Assembly (NCBI GenBank): GCA_964016885.1
Contig: OZ024744.1
Span: 73,780,001 to 73,844,000, forward strand
Direction: 5' to 3'
Length of the DNA stretch: 64,000 nucleotides
Source: Eledone cirrhosa
Taxonomy: Eukaryota
Shown: piece by piece, positions 1 through 12,817 of the stretch
Position numbering within the stretch: the stretch's first letter is position 1
Layout: each line of letters begins with the position of its first letter
Translations under genes and position numbers: made by a program
The notes under the pieces: generated by a model
What the model saw: the letters and a program-made list of their open reading frames with translations, nothing else
Told to the model about the DNA's origin: nothing
The model's database searches: none

Positions 1-168
1 GTAGAGGGTCGGACGCCATGCTTTCCAGCATAGTTACATCCCTTTACGATCTGAGTTCAAATCCCGCCGAGGTTGACTTTGCCTTCCATCCTTACGGGGT
101 GGATAAAATAAAGTACCAGTAATGCACTGGGTATTTGCTGGACTTGTACCTAAAGTAGAAACAATTAT
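1..168 (+). mobile_element. tRNA-derived SINE (family S1), cut by window start
   Basis: B-box GAGTTCAAATCCC, central GCCTTCCATCCTTACGGGGTGGATAAAATAAAGTACCAG (resembles the Meta-SINE core as I recall it), 3' tail ending AGAAACAATTAT; near-identical to 30268-30460 and 55373-55552. Confidence 0.85.
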
Positions 169-280
169 CTGAGAAAATTAAAGTCCAGCAGCAATTTGTC
201 ACAATCATTTCATTCTCAATCAAGTACAACGGTGTTATTCCTTAGTTGATCACTTCAAAGGACAGACAAAAATATATATA

Positions 281-462
281 CAGATAAAATTCCGTTATAA
301 CGAATACCATTATAACGAATTTTTCAGTATAACAATTTTTTTCAATCCCCGACGAAATAACAAAGAAACGTTTGATTTGTTTCGGTCGATCTCGTTATAA
401 AGAATTTTTCGTTACAACGAATTTTTTTTTTATAAACCGTGAATTTCGTTATTGATGTACTG
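281..462. mobile_element. Possible degenerate Tigger/pogo-type MITE
   Basis: Starts TA|CAG...CGTTATAACGAA; repeated TTATAACGAA/TTCGTTAT motifs in both orientations; ends ...GTACTG. Confidence 0.35.
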
Positions 463-489
463 ACGGATCGATCGCAGTTATGAACATAC

Positions 490-1315
490 GTACTGTCTCT
501 CGAGCCATTACAGTGGAAGCTAGAGCTGTTGTAAGGCATCCCCGTCGAACCGAATCTGGGAAGCTCTCTGTCGGCACATGCGGACGACGTCATCGTGATG
601 GTGTCGAGCATCTCGGAAATCGCGGTGATCGGTAACTAATTAGAGGAATATGAGAGGTTGACGGTAGCAAATATAAAACACGAAATAATCAGTGGGTTTG
701 TAGCTAGGCACCTGGTAAGGCAAATCCATGCCGTTCAACAGTGTCATCGGACAATGGACAAATGAAGTTGTTCGGTCTGGCTTGAGAAGTAACTCCAGGT
801 TGATAAGAACTGGGATGTGATAACGAGCAGGCTGGCCCCTCTCATCCAGAAATGGCCCGAGTAGGAGCTATTCCTGTAAGGTAGGACATTGGTTGTGAAC
901 GTGTACATCGCATCCGTATGTATTCCCGCTCGACCATCATGCCTTGTCCCCGTTCATGCAGCGCCAAATTAGAACGCCTGCTCTTCAACTTCTTCCGGAT
1001 AGGACAGGTTCCATTGGTGAGGCGGTTCATCTGCTGCTAACATCCTCTACGCGAAGGGCTGGGCATGCCATGGCTGATGATGCGCAAACATGCGCTCATT
1101 CTAGAGTGCTCTTGGAGTGTCGGGTGGTTTAGGATTTGGAAGGATATCGTCTTCCCCATTGCGGATTTTTCATTACTATGCATTTTGTTGTTTATTGTTA
1201 ACTGTTATTTATATATTTTACTCAATTTCTATGTAAACCTCACTATCCCTGTTCTTTCTATTGTCCCCTATTTGGCCCATGTGTCAAATAAAAATAAATA
1301 ATAATAATAATAAAA
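490..1315 (+). pseudogene. Degenerate Tx1-like ORF2 (RT) fragment with 3' UTR and (TAA)n tail
   Basis: Colinear with 10970-11650: CTCGAGCCATTA, GCACATGCGGACGACGTC (YADDV-like), GGGCTGGGCATGCCATGGCTGATGATGCGC (GLGMPWLMMR); ends AATAAAAATAAATAATAATAA. Confidence 0.8.
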
Positions 1316-1316
1316 A

Positions 1317-1560
1317 TATGGGTAATTGCTGGCCTTGTGCCAAAAGTAGAAACAATTATTATTAGCAGTATCAGTAGAGCGTTGGACAACATGTTTTGCG
1401 ACATGTAGTTACGGCCCTTTCCGTTTATATACCGACGAGGTTAGTTTGCCTTTCATCTTGACGGAGTCAATAAAATAAAGCACCAGTAATTTTCTGGGGT
1501 CAATTTAATCATCTTTCCAGTCTCCAAAATTTGCTGGCCTTGTGCTTAAATCAGACACAA
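1317..1560 (+). mobile_element. SINE S1 tail plus an older long-variant S1 copy
   Basis: GGTAATTGCTGGCCTTGTGCCAAAAGTAGAAACAATTATT, then a degenerate body ending GCTGGCCTTGTGCTTAAATCAGACACAA-(TTA)n. Confidence 0.75.
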
Positions 1561-1617
1561 TTATTATTATTATTGTTATTCTTCTTATTATCATTTTTGT
1601 TATTATTATTATTATTA

Positions 1618-4508
1618 CAGTTGCATTTATCTTGCTTTATGTTCATACGAGTTATCACCAAGTCACAACCAGTGACCTCAAGAGACAACAAGGTCCGCCA
1701 TGTTCAAGAAAGATCATACATACTCACACATGCATATTTAGTGTTTAGACTTGTGATGTACTTATATTGACAGAATCTTCCTTAGTATATGGGCAGTTCA
1801 TATTAGTACTATTTTTTGTATTTCTCCTATACGCGGGTTTCCTGGCATTTGCGATAAGTAATCATTAGACCCCTTAGGTATCATTCCCAGAGCGCCTACA
1901 AACACTGGTATTGTTTTAGTTCCCAATTTCTATCTCCAGGTCCTTATACTTGCTCAATTTTTCAAATGTTTTTATAGATACATTCTTGTCTATTGGAACG
2001 GACATATCAATTAGCAGGCATACCCTCTTTTTAAAGTCCTTCAATATTATATCAGGTCTATTTGCATCTATTTTTCGGTCTGTTTGGATGCTAAAGTTCC
2101 ACAAGATTGAGATGTGATCTTTTTCAAGTATGGGAGGTGGTTGATGCTCCCACCAATTCTTTTGATGGGGCAGGTCAAAATGCTTACACATTATCCAATG
2201 TATGTATTGTGCAGCTCTGGCATGCCTGTTTAGGTATTCGGTTGGAGCTATAGGACTGCACATTGAGATTATATGATCAATGGTCTCTGGTTGTTTTTTG
2301 CATACACGGCATAATGGGCTGCATCCATTTTTTATTATGTTGGCTTGGTAATTTTTTGTTGGCAGACACTGATCTTGTGCTGATATAATCAGTCCTTCAG
2401 TCTCCGATTTCAGTCCAGAGGATGCCACCCACTGATGGGTTAAAGTTTTGTCAACATCAGGATTGTTAGCTCGCTCTGGGTATTTTCCATACAGAGGCTT
2501 TTCTTGCTATTTCTTAGCCAGTTTCTGTAGCAGTTCTTTCTTTGCAGTTACTTTTACCTGCTTTGATTTTTCTGTGTTTTCCATTTCAGCAGTAAATGGG
2601 ACCTCTGAAATTTGTAGTCCAATACTGTATTGTGCATCTTTTGTAATGGAATATGAACTTTTGATGCTTTCGTGTTTCAAAACGAGTTTGATCATCCAAT
2701 CATGTGATTCCCTTAGATATGTAGATAATCCAATTGTTGCAGTTTTCAACGCAATGTCTAACTGGACTAACCCACGTCCTCCTTCTTTCCTAGGGAGATA
2801 TATTCTATCTATATCTGCCTTAGGGTGATGCATTCTGTGCATGGTTAAGAATTTTCGAATTTTTGTATCGAGCCTACGGATCTCTGTGCTTGACCAGTTG
2901 ATGACATTGTAACTGTAGGTTACTACTGGTATGGCAAGCGTGTTTATGGCATCGATCCTATTCCTTGCATTCAATTCCGTTCTTAAGATTGCTCTTACTC
3001 TGCGGTAACATTCCTTCCTTATCCTTTCCCTCATTGTCGAGTGCTTGATTCCGTCTCCTTCACAAACACCTAGATATTTGTAAGTTTTTTCTTGATCAAG
3101 TTCTCTTATCACGTTCCCCCGATCAAGATTAATGTCTGAACTCTTCAGCAGCTTTCCTCTGGTGAACGTTGCTTTGGCGCATTCATCTAGTCCAAACTCC
3201 ATTTTAATGTCATCACTGAACTGCTCCACAGTGGATAATAGCCCTTGCAATTGTTCATCATTTTTTGCAAATAGTTTCAGGTCATCCATGTAGAACAAGT
3301 GATTAATGGTTTTGTCATAGACTCTATATCCATGTTTTGTTTCATTGAGCATTTTACTTAATGGTATAAGTGCGATGCAGAATAAAAGCGGTGATAAAGA
3401 GTCACCCTGAAAAATTCCACAATTAATGTTAACTTCTCCAGCTTCCAGTGATTTTGTTTCACTATTCAAAAGGAGTGTCGTTTTCCATGTCTTCATACTG
3501 AATGACAAAAACCTCCTGACAACGGGGGATATTTTGAAAATCTCTAAACATTTTTCAACCCAACTGTGTGGCAAACTATCGAATGCTTTTTTATAATCTA
3601 TCCAAGCAATCGATAGATTTTTGTGTCTATTATGACAATCTTCCAGTATCATTTTGTTAACCAAAAGCTGATCCTTACAGCCATATGATCCTCGTTTACA
3701 CCCTTTCTGCTCAATGGGAAATAGGTCATTTGTTATCAGGTGGTCATATGTGTATTCAGTTAGGACTGATGTTAAAATGTTATACATTGTGGTCAAGCAA
3801 GTTATCGGTCTGTAATTTTGGGGATTGTTTGTCTCATCATTCTTCGGAAGCAGGAATGTAATGCCGTTAACTAGCCATGATGGTATCTTTTCTGGCTCCT
3901 TAACTATTTCATTGTAAAGTTGGGCTAACAGCTCATGAGACTCTGTGAATGCATTTATCCAAAAATTTTGTATTTTGTCTTTTCCTGTGGATTTCCATTT
4001 GCTGGGTTTTTCTTAGAGCCAAGCGTAACTGTTCAACTGTTATGTTTTCCCATATTTGTTCCTCAAGGTGAGCTGTATCTTTCATTTGTCTGTCTATCCA
4101 TGGGGCATATATGTTATGAACTTTTTCTTCGGCCCAGATCTTTTCCCAGAATTTTTGCACTTCCTCCTTGGGTGGTATTGATTTAGCAGTTATTGTTGAC
4201 TTGCCAATTTTTCTGTAGAAGTTTCTTTGGTTGTTTTTGAACATATTATTGTCCTTATAGAATCTAGATCGCTTTTCAAAGCGCCTTATACGAGCAGCTT
4301 TGGCCGACACTTTTTGCTTGATTATTTCTATCAGCATGTCTATGTCACTTGTTGATTTCATACTATACTTTCTTTTCAATTTTCTAAGTTTAGTTTGTTT
4401 AACATGTTCACCTACTTTATAGTTTGTTAACATTTCTATGTCAGATCGGAGAAGGTTTATTTGGCGATTGATGTTCTCTTGCCAAGTAGATTTCTTGTGG
4501 GAATCCCT
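1618..4508 (-). mobile_element. R4/Dong-clade non-LTR retrotransposon (RT + CCHC + restriction-like endonuclease), 5'-truncated, copy 1
   Basis: ORFs 3933-4433, 2507-3796 (IFQGDSLSPL, LFYMDD) and 1916-2428 (CRVC..ETIDHIISMC, RPDII, KYKDL); frameshifts and one in-frame TAG; (TAA)n at both ends. Confidence 0.92.
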
Positions 4509-4529
4509 TTATTATTATTATTATTATTA

Positions 4530-6328
4530 CAGTTGCATTTATCTTGCTTTATGTTCATACGAGTTATCACCAAGTCACAACCAGTGACCTCAAGAGACAA
4601 CAAGGTCCGCCATGTTCAAGAAAGAACATACATATTCACACATGCATCTTTAGTGTTTAGACTTGTGATGTACTTATATTGACAGAATCTTCCTTAGTAT
4701 ATGGGCAGTTCCCATTAGTACTATCTTTTGTATTTCTCCTATACGCGGGTTTCCTGGGATTTGCGATAAGTAATCATTAGACCCCTTAGGTATCATTCCC
4801 AGATCGCCTACAACCACTGGTATTGTTTTAGTTCTCAATTTCCAAATTTTTTCCAATTTCTATCTCCAGGTCCTTATACTTGCTCAATTTTTCAAATGTT
4901 TTTATAGATACATTCTTGTCTATTGGAACAGACATATCAATTAGCAGGCATACCCTCTTTTTAAAGTCCTTCAATATTATATCAGGTCTATTTGCATCTA
5001 TTTTTCGGTCTGTTTGGATGCTAAAGTTCCACAAGATTGAGATGTGATCTTTTTCAAGTATGGGAGGTGGTTGATGCTCCCACCAATTCTTTTGATGGGG
5101 CAGGTCAAAATGCTTACACATTATCCAATGTATGTATTGTGCAGCTCTGTCATGCCTGTTTAGGTATTCGGTTGGAGCTATAGGACTGCACATTGAAATT
5201 ATATGGTCAATGGTCTCTGGTTGTTTTTTGCATACACAGCATAATGGGCTGCATCCATTTTTTATTATGTTGGCTTGGTAATTTTTTGTTGGCAGACACT
5301 GATCTTATGCTGATATAATCAGTCCTTCAGTCTCCGATTTCAGTCCAGAGGATGCCAACCACTGATGGGTTAAAGTTTTGTCAACATCAGGATTGTTAGC
5401 TCGCTCTGGGTATTTTCCATACAGAGGCTTTTCTTGCTATTTCTTAGCCAGTTTCTGTAGCAGTTCTTTCTTTGCAGTTACTTTTACCTGCTTTGATTTT
5501 TCTGTGTTTTCCATTTCAGCAGTAAATGGGACCTCTGAAATTTGTAGTCCAATACTGTATTGTGCATCTTTTGTAATGGAATATGAACTTTTGATGCTTT
5601 CGTGTTTCAAAACGAGTTTGATCATCCAATCATGTGATTCCCTTAGATATGTAGATAATCCAATTGTTGCAGTTTTCAACGCAATGTCTAACTGGACTAA
5701 CCCACGTCCTCCTTCTTTCCTAGGGAGATATATTCTATCTATATCTGCCTTAGGGTGATGCATTCTGTGCATGGTTAAGAATTTTCGAATTTTTGTATCG
5801 AGCCTACGGATCTCTGTGCTTGACCAGTTGATGACATTGTAACTGTAGGTTACTACTGGTATGGCAAGCGTGTTTATGGCATCGATCCTATTCCTTGCAT
5901 TCAATTCCGTTCTTAAGATTGCTCTTACTCTGCGGTAACATTCCTTCCTTATCCTTTCCCTCATTGTCGAGTGCTTGATTCCGTCTCCTTCACAAACACC
6001 TAGATATTTGTAAGTTTTTTCTTGATCAAGTTCTCTTATCACGTTCCCCCGATCAAGATTAATGTCTGAACTCTTCAGCAGCTTTCCTCTGGTGAACGTA
6101 GCTTTGGCGCACTTATCTAGTCCAAACTCCATTTTAATGTCATCACTGAACTGCTCCACAGTGGATAATAGCCCTTGCAATTGTTCATCATTTTTTGCAA
6201 ATAGTTTCAGGTCATCCATGTAGAACAGGTCATTAATGGTTTTGTCATAGACTTTATAATCATGTTTTGTTTCATTGAGCATTTTACTTAATGGTATAAG
6301 TGCGATGCAGAATAAAAGCGGTGATAAA
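4530..6328 (-). mobile_element. R4/Dong-clade element, copy 2, more truncated, tandem with copy 1
   Basis: Nearly identical to 1618-3400; ORFs 5437-6282, 4828-5193 and 4674-4856 (IPVVVG.LG...VLMGTAHILRKILSI*); same 3' UTR; flanked by (TTA)n. Confidence 0.92.
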
Positions 6329-6380
<52 letters not shown>

Positions 6381-6384
6381 GTTG

Positions 6385-6678
6385 TCGTTATTCCTTGAGT
6401 CTCAGTCATTGATGTTAGTTAACTGGAAAGTCCGTTGGAATGAATATCAAGCCACTACCTGCAGCCTCAGATATTCAGGACGTATCGGAGGGTTCTTGCT
6501 GTTCCCAGCAAACATGCCTTTTGAAGCGTTCCAAAAAGCGTGAGGGGGCCGATTTTCTTTAACCATCCCTGGAAACTTTGGGAGATAGTCCCCAGTGCGC
6601 CTATGACAATCGGGATCACTTTGACTTCATGGCAGTTCCAAATCCTTTTTACCTCCCACTTTAAGTCCTGGTATCGGT
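6385..6678 (-). mobile_element. 3' end of a second R4/Dong-like family
   Basis: Minus strand reads RYQDLKWEVKRIWNCHEVKVIPIVIGALGTI...LQKACLLGTARTLRYVLNI*; bounded by (TTA)n. Confidence 0.8.
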
Positions 6679-6681
6679 TAA

Positions 6682-6736
<55 letters not shown>

Positions 6737-6944
6737 GGCGACCTACGTAGTAAATCGTATCATCGTGAGCTCCGCAAAGGTTTGTTATTTCCGTTTGTTA
6801 AACATTGTCATTTATGGAAAATTTTATTGTTAACTGTTTATAAGCGCACATACATTGTTTTCCGAAAAGGACACCCAAAAAGATTGGGGCCTTGTGCCCA
6901 AAATTTAAACTTTTATTATTATCAAAAAAATTTCTTTGAAAAAA

Positions 6945-8965
6945 ATGGCTAATTCACCTCTGCACCAAACAGCTGAAAGCCTTCCTCACAAATTAACACC
7001 TCACACCGACACCACCATTGTAAATGTTACTACGTTTGCCAACACAAAAAAAAATATAACCACTAGCAATATTTTAAATTTGTCTCAGGCAGACATTCAT
7101 TTCCCGCCATTACCAATGACTGCAGGTGTTAAAGCCTCCACCACCACCACCACCACCGCGACAACCACCACCACCACCACCACCGCGACAACCACCACCA
7201 CCACCACCACCACCACCGCGACAACAGAAACAAAAGAAGAAAAAAATAAATTAACTCGTGATGTCGAAATGAAATCAAGCAAAATGGACTCTTCCCCACC
7301 AAAGACGACTGACGTCACCACCACCACAACTGAAACTAAAATTAATATTAACGATAGCAACAACAACAACAATGACATTATAAAAACCCCCCTCAGTTTC
7401 GCCAGAGTAGCAAAACAGTTCGAAGCATTGACGGTAACTCAGGAGGATTTAGAAAATTCCAAACAAATGGTAAAGAAAGATGGGTACAGGGTCAGCCTCA
7501 CCCCCACCACCTAATAAAATGGAGCATCGGCGCCTATGCACCGTGTCGTATAGAACAATAAATGTAAAATCGCGCCGAGTGGAACGGGCATCCGAGTCCC
7601 AAATCCAAAAAGCTTTGGGACATGTGTGGCAAGAAAAACCCACATCAGACGTGGGCAAAAGTATGGAACCGTGGACGTGTTCTTTGAAACACCAGAGGAG
7701 GCTAGAGAACACTCCATGGCCCCATTAAGAAGTGACGACTTCACACTCGTCCCAGGTTATTGTGGCCAGAAACTCGTAAAGATCAGGGTGACCCACGTTC
7801 CACCGGCCATCGAAATTCCCTGGCTAATAGCGGCTGTCCTCGCCGGCATCGAAGCCAACACGAAAATAATAGCAATAGCAAAAGAAAAGCAGGAGAACTG
7901 GTCCGGATCTGGGATGGAGCTCCTGATCCAAGCGGACCAAAAAAGCATTGAGGAGATCCCAGAGGTAATAGACCTCACTGACGGCAGCCACCTCACGGTA
8001 ATTGTCGAGGGCAGAAGACCTAGGTGTGTGGTTTGTGGTGAAGGAACCCACCTAAGGGCTTTCTGCCCTCAGGCTAAAAGGTTGAGGCCACCTCTCCTAA
8101 CCACCCCAGTGACACAACCATCAACACCACCAGTAGCAGAGATGGTAGCAACAACTGTAGCAGCAACAACAGAAGCAACTATAACAGCAACAACCCCAGC
8201 AACAGTAGCAAAACCAACACCACCACCACCACCAGCAAAAGCAACACCACCACCACCCAACGCTTCAGAACTAGCACCAGCGCCTACACCATTCACCGCG
8301 TCACAACCAAAACTAACACCTGTGGAGGATTTTCCACTCTCCGGCCTATCACAACTGGAGACAGATTGTGACGACGAGGAGTGGGAAACGGTATCAGGAA
8401 AAAAAAAAGAGACCAAAAAAGAAAAAATTCTCTTCCTTCCCCCTCCAAAAACAAAATACAGAGGGAAACAAATAAATTAAGAAACAAAAAAGTTAGGACA
8501 GATATGCTACCATCCACACCAGCATCACCAACCCCATCAACCCAAACACCAACACCATCACCATCATTAACAACAACACCACCATCACCTACACCACAAA
8601 AGTCACCAAAATGCGAAACAGAAACAAACCCACAACAAACGCAAACAAAACAAAACAACCAAAACGATACACACTACACAGCATTAAATTTGAACAACAA
8701 GCAATTATTACACTACATCCAACACAACACCAGCATCACAGAAAAAGACTATACAACAACCCCAAAATTCACACCACCTCCACAAATACAAATCACTCGC
8801 ATCACACAGAAAACGTACATGACACTAAAACAAAAATTCCCCAAAGACATCGGAGACTTCCGCCAAGCACTCTCCAGGAGGATTTATAAGGACATCATTC
8901 CTGAGGAGGCCACAAGCAGTGAAAAGGATGGAAAAACCGTCCTTCCCCTACGAGAAGTAAGGTAA
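6945..8965 (+). pseudogene. Tx1-like ORF1 (gag-like, CCHC knuckle), ~3 frameshifts
   Basis: Joined from ORFs 6936-7514, 7480-7728, 7626-8480 and 8381-8965, with shifts at C/A runs (~7500, ~7635, ~8405); knuckle CVVCGEGTHLRAFC; Thr/Pro-rich linkers. Confidence 0.8.
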
Positions 8966-8999
8966 GTGGTCTTTCCCATCTTTTCCACTCCTTTTCAAC

Positions 9000-11900
9000 A
9001 TGACCTCACTCAGAATAGGCAGCATAAATGCGCGTGGCTTGGGGTCGTCATGGAAGCAGGGCCACCTGCTCAACCACCTCAGGTCACTAAACATAGATGT
9101 AGTGGCCATCAGCGAGACCAGAATCTCCGAAGCACAGGCTTTCGCACCGATCTTCGGCGGCTACGATGTGTACGCATCTCCCAGTCGTCCGGTATCGGGG
9201 GGAGGAGTTGCTGTGCTTTTTCGGAGAGGTTTGGATCTTGCCATACGGGCCATCTTCCTGGACCCAGAAAGTAAGTTGGTGGTGCTGGACGTGACCAGCG
9301 GAGACGGGCAAGCTTTCAGGTTAGTGGCCGTCTATGCCCCGACAGGAGCAGGGCGGCCTGATTTCTTCCGGCGTCTGGAGACCTTTCTTTGAACGTCCCG
9401 CTCTTTAGTGTTAGTGGACGACTGGAACGGGATCTTAGATGCACGCTGGGATTGTGTGGGATTAGTGGATAGGGAAGGAGGGTGCAAGAGTCTCACCAAC
9501 CTGCTCAGACGTTTTGAACTGTCTGACAGGTACCGAATGGATTTCCCGAATGTACCAATGTGGACTTGGACAAATCGCATAGGGTCATCCAGATCATATC
9601 TAGATAGAGTATTTTGTAGGGAAATAGATAGGTCTAGCATAGGCTGTCCACAATTCAAGATAGTCAGCTACACGGACCACAAATTCGTGATCTGTGTGCG
9701 TGACTTAGATAGGCTTCATAGACGAGGACACGGCTACTGGAAGCTAAACGCGTCCTTACCAGCGCGCAAGGCCTACAGAGACCGGATTAGCGAACTAGTT
9801 AAGCGGGCGTTGACGGGGGCCATCGTCAACAACAAGTGGTGGTTTGCTCTGAAAAGAGCAATTAGAATAGAGTCCATTAGGTTTAGTAAGACTTTAGCAA
9901 TAGAGAAAAATAGAGCAGAGGGAGAATTAGTTAGAAAATTAGATGAGGCGCTTAGCAAAGACATCGCGACCGACGTACTTGCGGCGAAATTGGCCCTTGA
10001 CCAATTCTTTAATACAAAGCACGAAGGCTGCGTTGTCAGAGCTAGGGTGCGTGCTCTCAGACACGAGGGGACGAAAGCCGTTCAATGGGCCCGAGTGGCG
10101 GAGGCTGGTCGTGGCAACAAAGCCACGATCCGGTCTTTGGTGGACCACGACGGGCGCATGCTACTCGATCCCGGGCAAATGTGTGAAGCTTTTCAGCGAC
10201 ACTTCGCTCAACTGTTCGGGGGCAGTGGCGGGCCGGATCGAGGGATGGACTTTAGTGTCTACCTCGACTGACTGCCGCGGCTTTCGGCCACTGAGGCGGA
10301 GTGTTGCGAAAAGCCGATAACAACCGCTGAAGTACGGGATGCAATGACTAGTTGCACAAGGGGTAAATCGCCTGGTTTGGATGGTCTGCCCTATGAACTT
10401 TACGTACAAATGCCAAACTTGCTCGGAGGCCTCTTGGCGGACGTCTACTGCAACTGGCAACAGAACGGGAGAATTCCCAGCTCTGTGAGACGAGGAGCGG
10501 TGGCGCTGCTGAGAAAGGATCCGAACAAGGGGGATAACATAGATAATTTTAGGCCCATAACCCTGCTAAACACAGAGTTCAAGATTTTGGCCAAGGTTCT
10601 AGCAAAGAGGTTGGCGCTTGTCGTTGGTGGTCTGGTGGGAGAGGCACAGACATGCGCCATTCCCGACAGATCCATCCACGACAACCTCCACCTCATGCGA
10701 TACATCGTAGAGAGGGTAGCTAGGGAACCTGGCACGGGTGGGTCTTTGATCAATTTAGATCAGTCGAAAGCCTTCGATAGGGTCGACCATCGTTACCTAG
10801 CGGCAGTCCTGAGGGCGGCTGGCTTTGGGCCCGTCTTCAGAGGCTGGATCGTTGCCATGCACAGCGACATCTGCTCTGTAGTGAGAGTGAACGGTCACCT
10901 TTCGGAACCGTTCAACATCATGCGCTCGGTCCGCCAAGGATGTCCCCTCTCGTCCCTATTGTACGTATTGACTCTCGAGCCATTAGTGCACAAACTGGAG
11001 ACGTTGAGGGGGGTCCCGCGCGAACTAGGATGCGGAAGATCCGTGTCAGCATATGCCGACGATGTCACCGTAGTGGTGTCGAACGTCAAACACATCGAGG
11101 CGATCGGCACTACACTAAGAGAATACGAAGCGGTGACAGGAGCAATGATCAACCAGGAAAAGTCAGTGGGCCTGCAGCTCGGCACATGGAGAGGCAGGTC
11201 CATGCCGTCCAACAGCGTCGTCGGGCGCTGGAAGGACGGACCGGTTAAATTGCTAGGGGTCTGGTTCGGTCCAGACCTCCAGACGGACAAAAACTGGGAC
11301 GAGGTGACGAGCAGGGTGGCTTCTCTCACCCAGAAATGGGCCGAGAGAAAGCTATCCCTGAAAGGTCGAGCGGAGGTGGCGAATGCGTACATCGCGTCCG
11401 TCATCTACTACCGCCTGACCGTCGTACCTTGTCCTAAGCCCCGCCTGACTGCGCTGGAGCGTTTGCTCTTTCGCTTCTTGTGGAAGGGACGCGCTCCGAT
11501 GGTAAGGCGGTCCATCTGCTGTCAACACCCGCTACGTGGAGGGCTGGGCATGCCGTGGCTGATGATGCGCAGATACGCGCTCAGGCTACGGCATCTCCAC
11601 CTCTACCTCGACGGTGATCAGGTGTGGTCGCCGTTTGCTAGACACGTTTTTTCCCAGCTCGTCTCCTTGACGGAGCTGCAGTCCTGGGTCAAGCGAAGAC
11701 CGAGAGGGAGCGCTTGGAGACTGGAATGTCTTCAGGCGCTCACAGCCCTCGACCAATCGAGCAATGTGATCGGTGAAAACTCCACCTTGGCGTTCTATAG
11801 GGGATTAGTGGAGGGGAAGAGCGACGACGTACTTGGAGAAACTCTAGGCGTCGACGAAAATCAACTAGCCAATCTCTTCGGAAGGACTTTCGGGCCGGGG

Positions 11901-12419
11901 CCTATGGACAACTTCCAGAAATCCCTGGCCTGGCAGTGCTACCGAGGAGCTTTGCCAGTTCGGGATAAACTCTACAGGCATGGAGGTGCCGTCAGCCGGG
12001 CATGTCCGAGATGCGCGAAGGGCCACGAAACCGTCCTGCACGCACTCGTCCAGTGTCCGAGCATTGCTGACTTGTGGGTTTATGTCGAACACCTGCTGTC
12101 ACGTGTAGGACGGATCCAGCTATCAGCTGAGTCCATCGTGAGGATTGCCCCGCCCCCTTCCTTTAGCCGGGAAGGGCAGGCAGTTTTTATCTGTCTGGTG
12201 GCCATGGCGAAAGAGATAGTATGGTGGACACGTTTGAAAGGGCTGAAGACGAGCACTTACCTCTTCGGTGATGCCCTGATTAACTTTTTCAAATTTCATC
12301 TGAAAAGGAAAATCAGGGTAGAGAGGGAAGTGCTCTCTTCCCAGCATTTTGTTGAAAGATGGGTGAGAGAAGCAAGAATGGTCCGAGTGAATGGGCCTAC
12401 TCTGAGTATATATCTGTAA
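9000..12419 (+). pseudogene. Tx1-like ORF2: AP endonuclease + reverse transcriptase + C-terminal zinc finger, two in-frame TGA
   Basis: SINARGL, SET, VYAP, SYLDR, TDH (APE); SPGLDG, FRPITLLN, AFDRV, QGCPLS, YADD (RT); CPRC..ETVLHALVQC; ORFs 9000-9392, 9408-10271 and 10344-12419 share one frame. Confidence 0.93.
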
Positions 12420-12689
12420 ATTAAAGGTGGAAAACTGGGAGAGGGCACTTGCCTTGGTGGTCAGGGTCATTGTGGCTTTTTACTGGGCTTTCTCCACAAA
12501 TGTCCCTCGGAAGTCTCCCCCCTATTGGGGAATTTTTCTTTGTTATTTTATTTCAACCTCTGTTTTTTTTACACGCAGAAATGCCCATTTGTACCGTCCT
12601 GTATTGTCCTGTACTGTCCTTAATGTCTAATTTATGTAAACCCTTGTGGTTAATAAAGAAAACATTATTATTATTATTATTATTATTAT

Positions 12690-12817
12690 TGTTGTTATTC
12701 CTTGAATCTCAGTCATTGATGTTGGTTAACTGGAAAGTCCGTTGGAATGAATATCAAGCCACTACCTGCAGCCTCAGATATTCAGGACGTATCGGAGGGT
12801 TCTTGCTTTTCCAAGCA
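12690..12817 (-). mobile_element. Short 3' end of the second Dong-like family
   Basis: Matches 6385-6510 with a few substitutions; (TTA)n on both sides. Confidence 0.8.

Larger units (their letters stand above)
6737..12663 (+). mobile_element. Full-length Tx1-like (L1 clade) non-LTR retrotransposon inserted in (TTA)n
   Basis: 5' UTR, ORF1, ORF2 (APE-RT-zinc finger), 3' UTR with AATAAA at ~12652 followed by (ATT)n; (TTA)n also immediately upstream. Confidence 0.92.

Noticed and set aside
9390-10271. Two in-frame TGA codons in Tx1 ORF2 as selenocysteine or programmed readthrough
   Set aside because: The older copy has GGA at the first site (TTTCTAGGAATGTCC at ~32351 versus TTTCTTTGAACGTCC), and ORF1 is frameshifted, so ordinary decay is more likely
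6385-12817. ~130-bp direct repeats flanking the Tx1 as LTRs or a giant TSD
   Set aside because: They encode the 3' end of a REL element, differ in length and at several bases, and each has its own (TTA)n flanks
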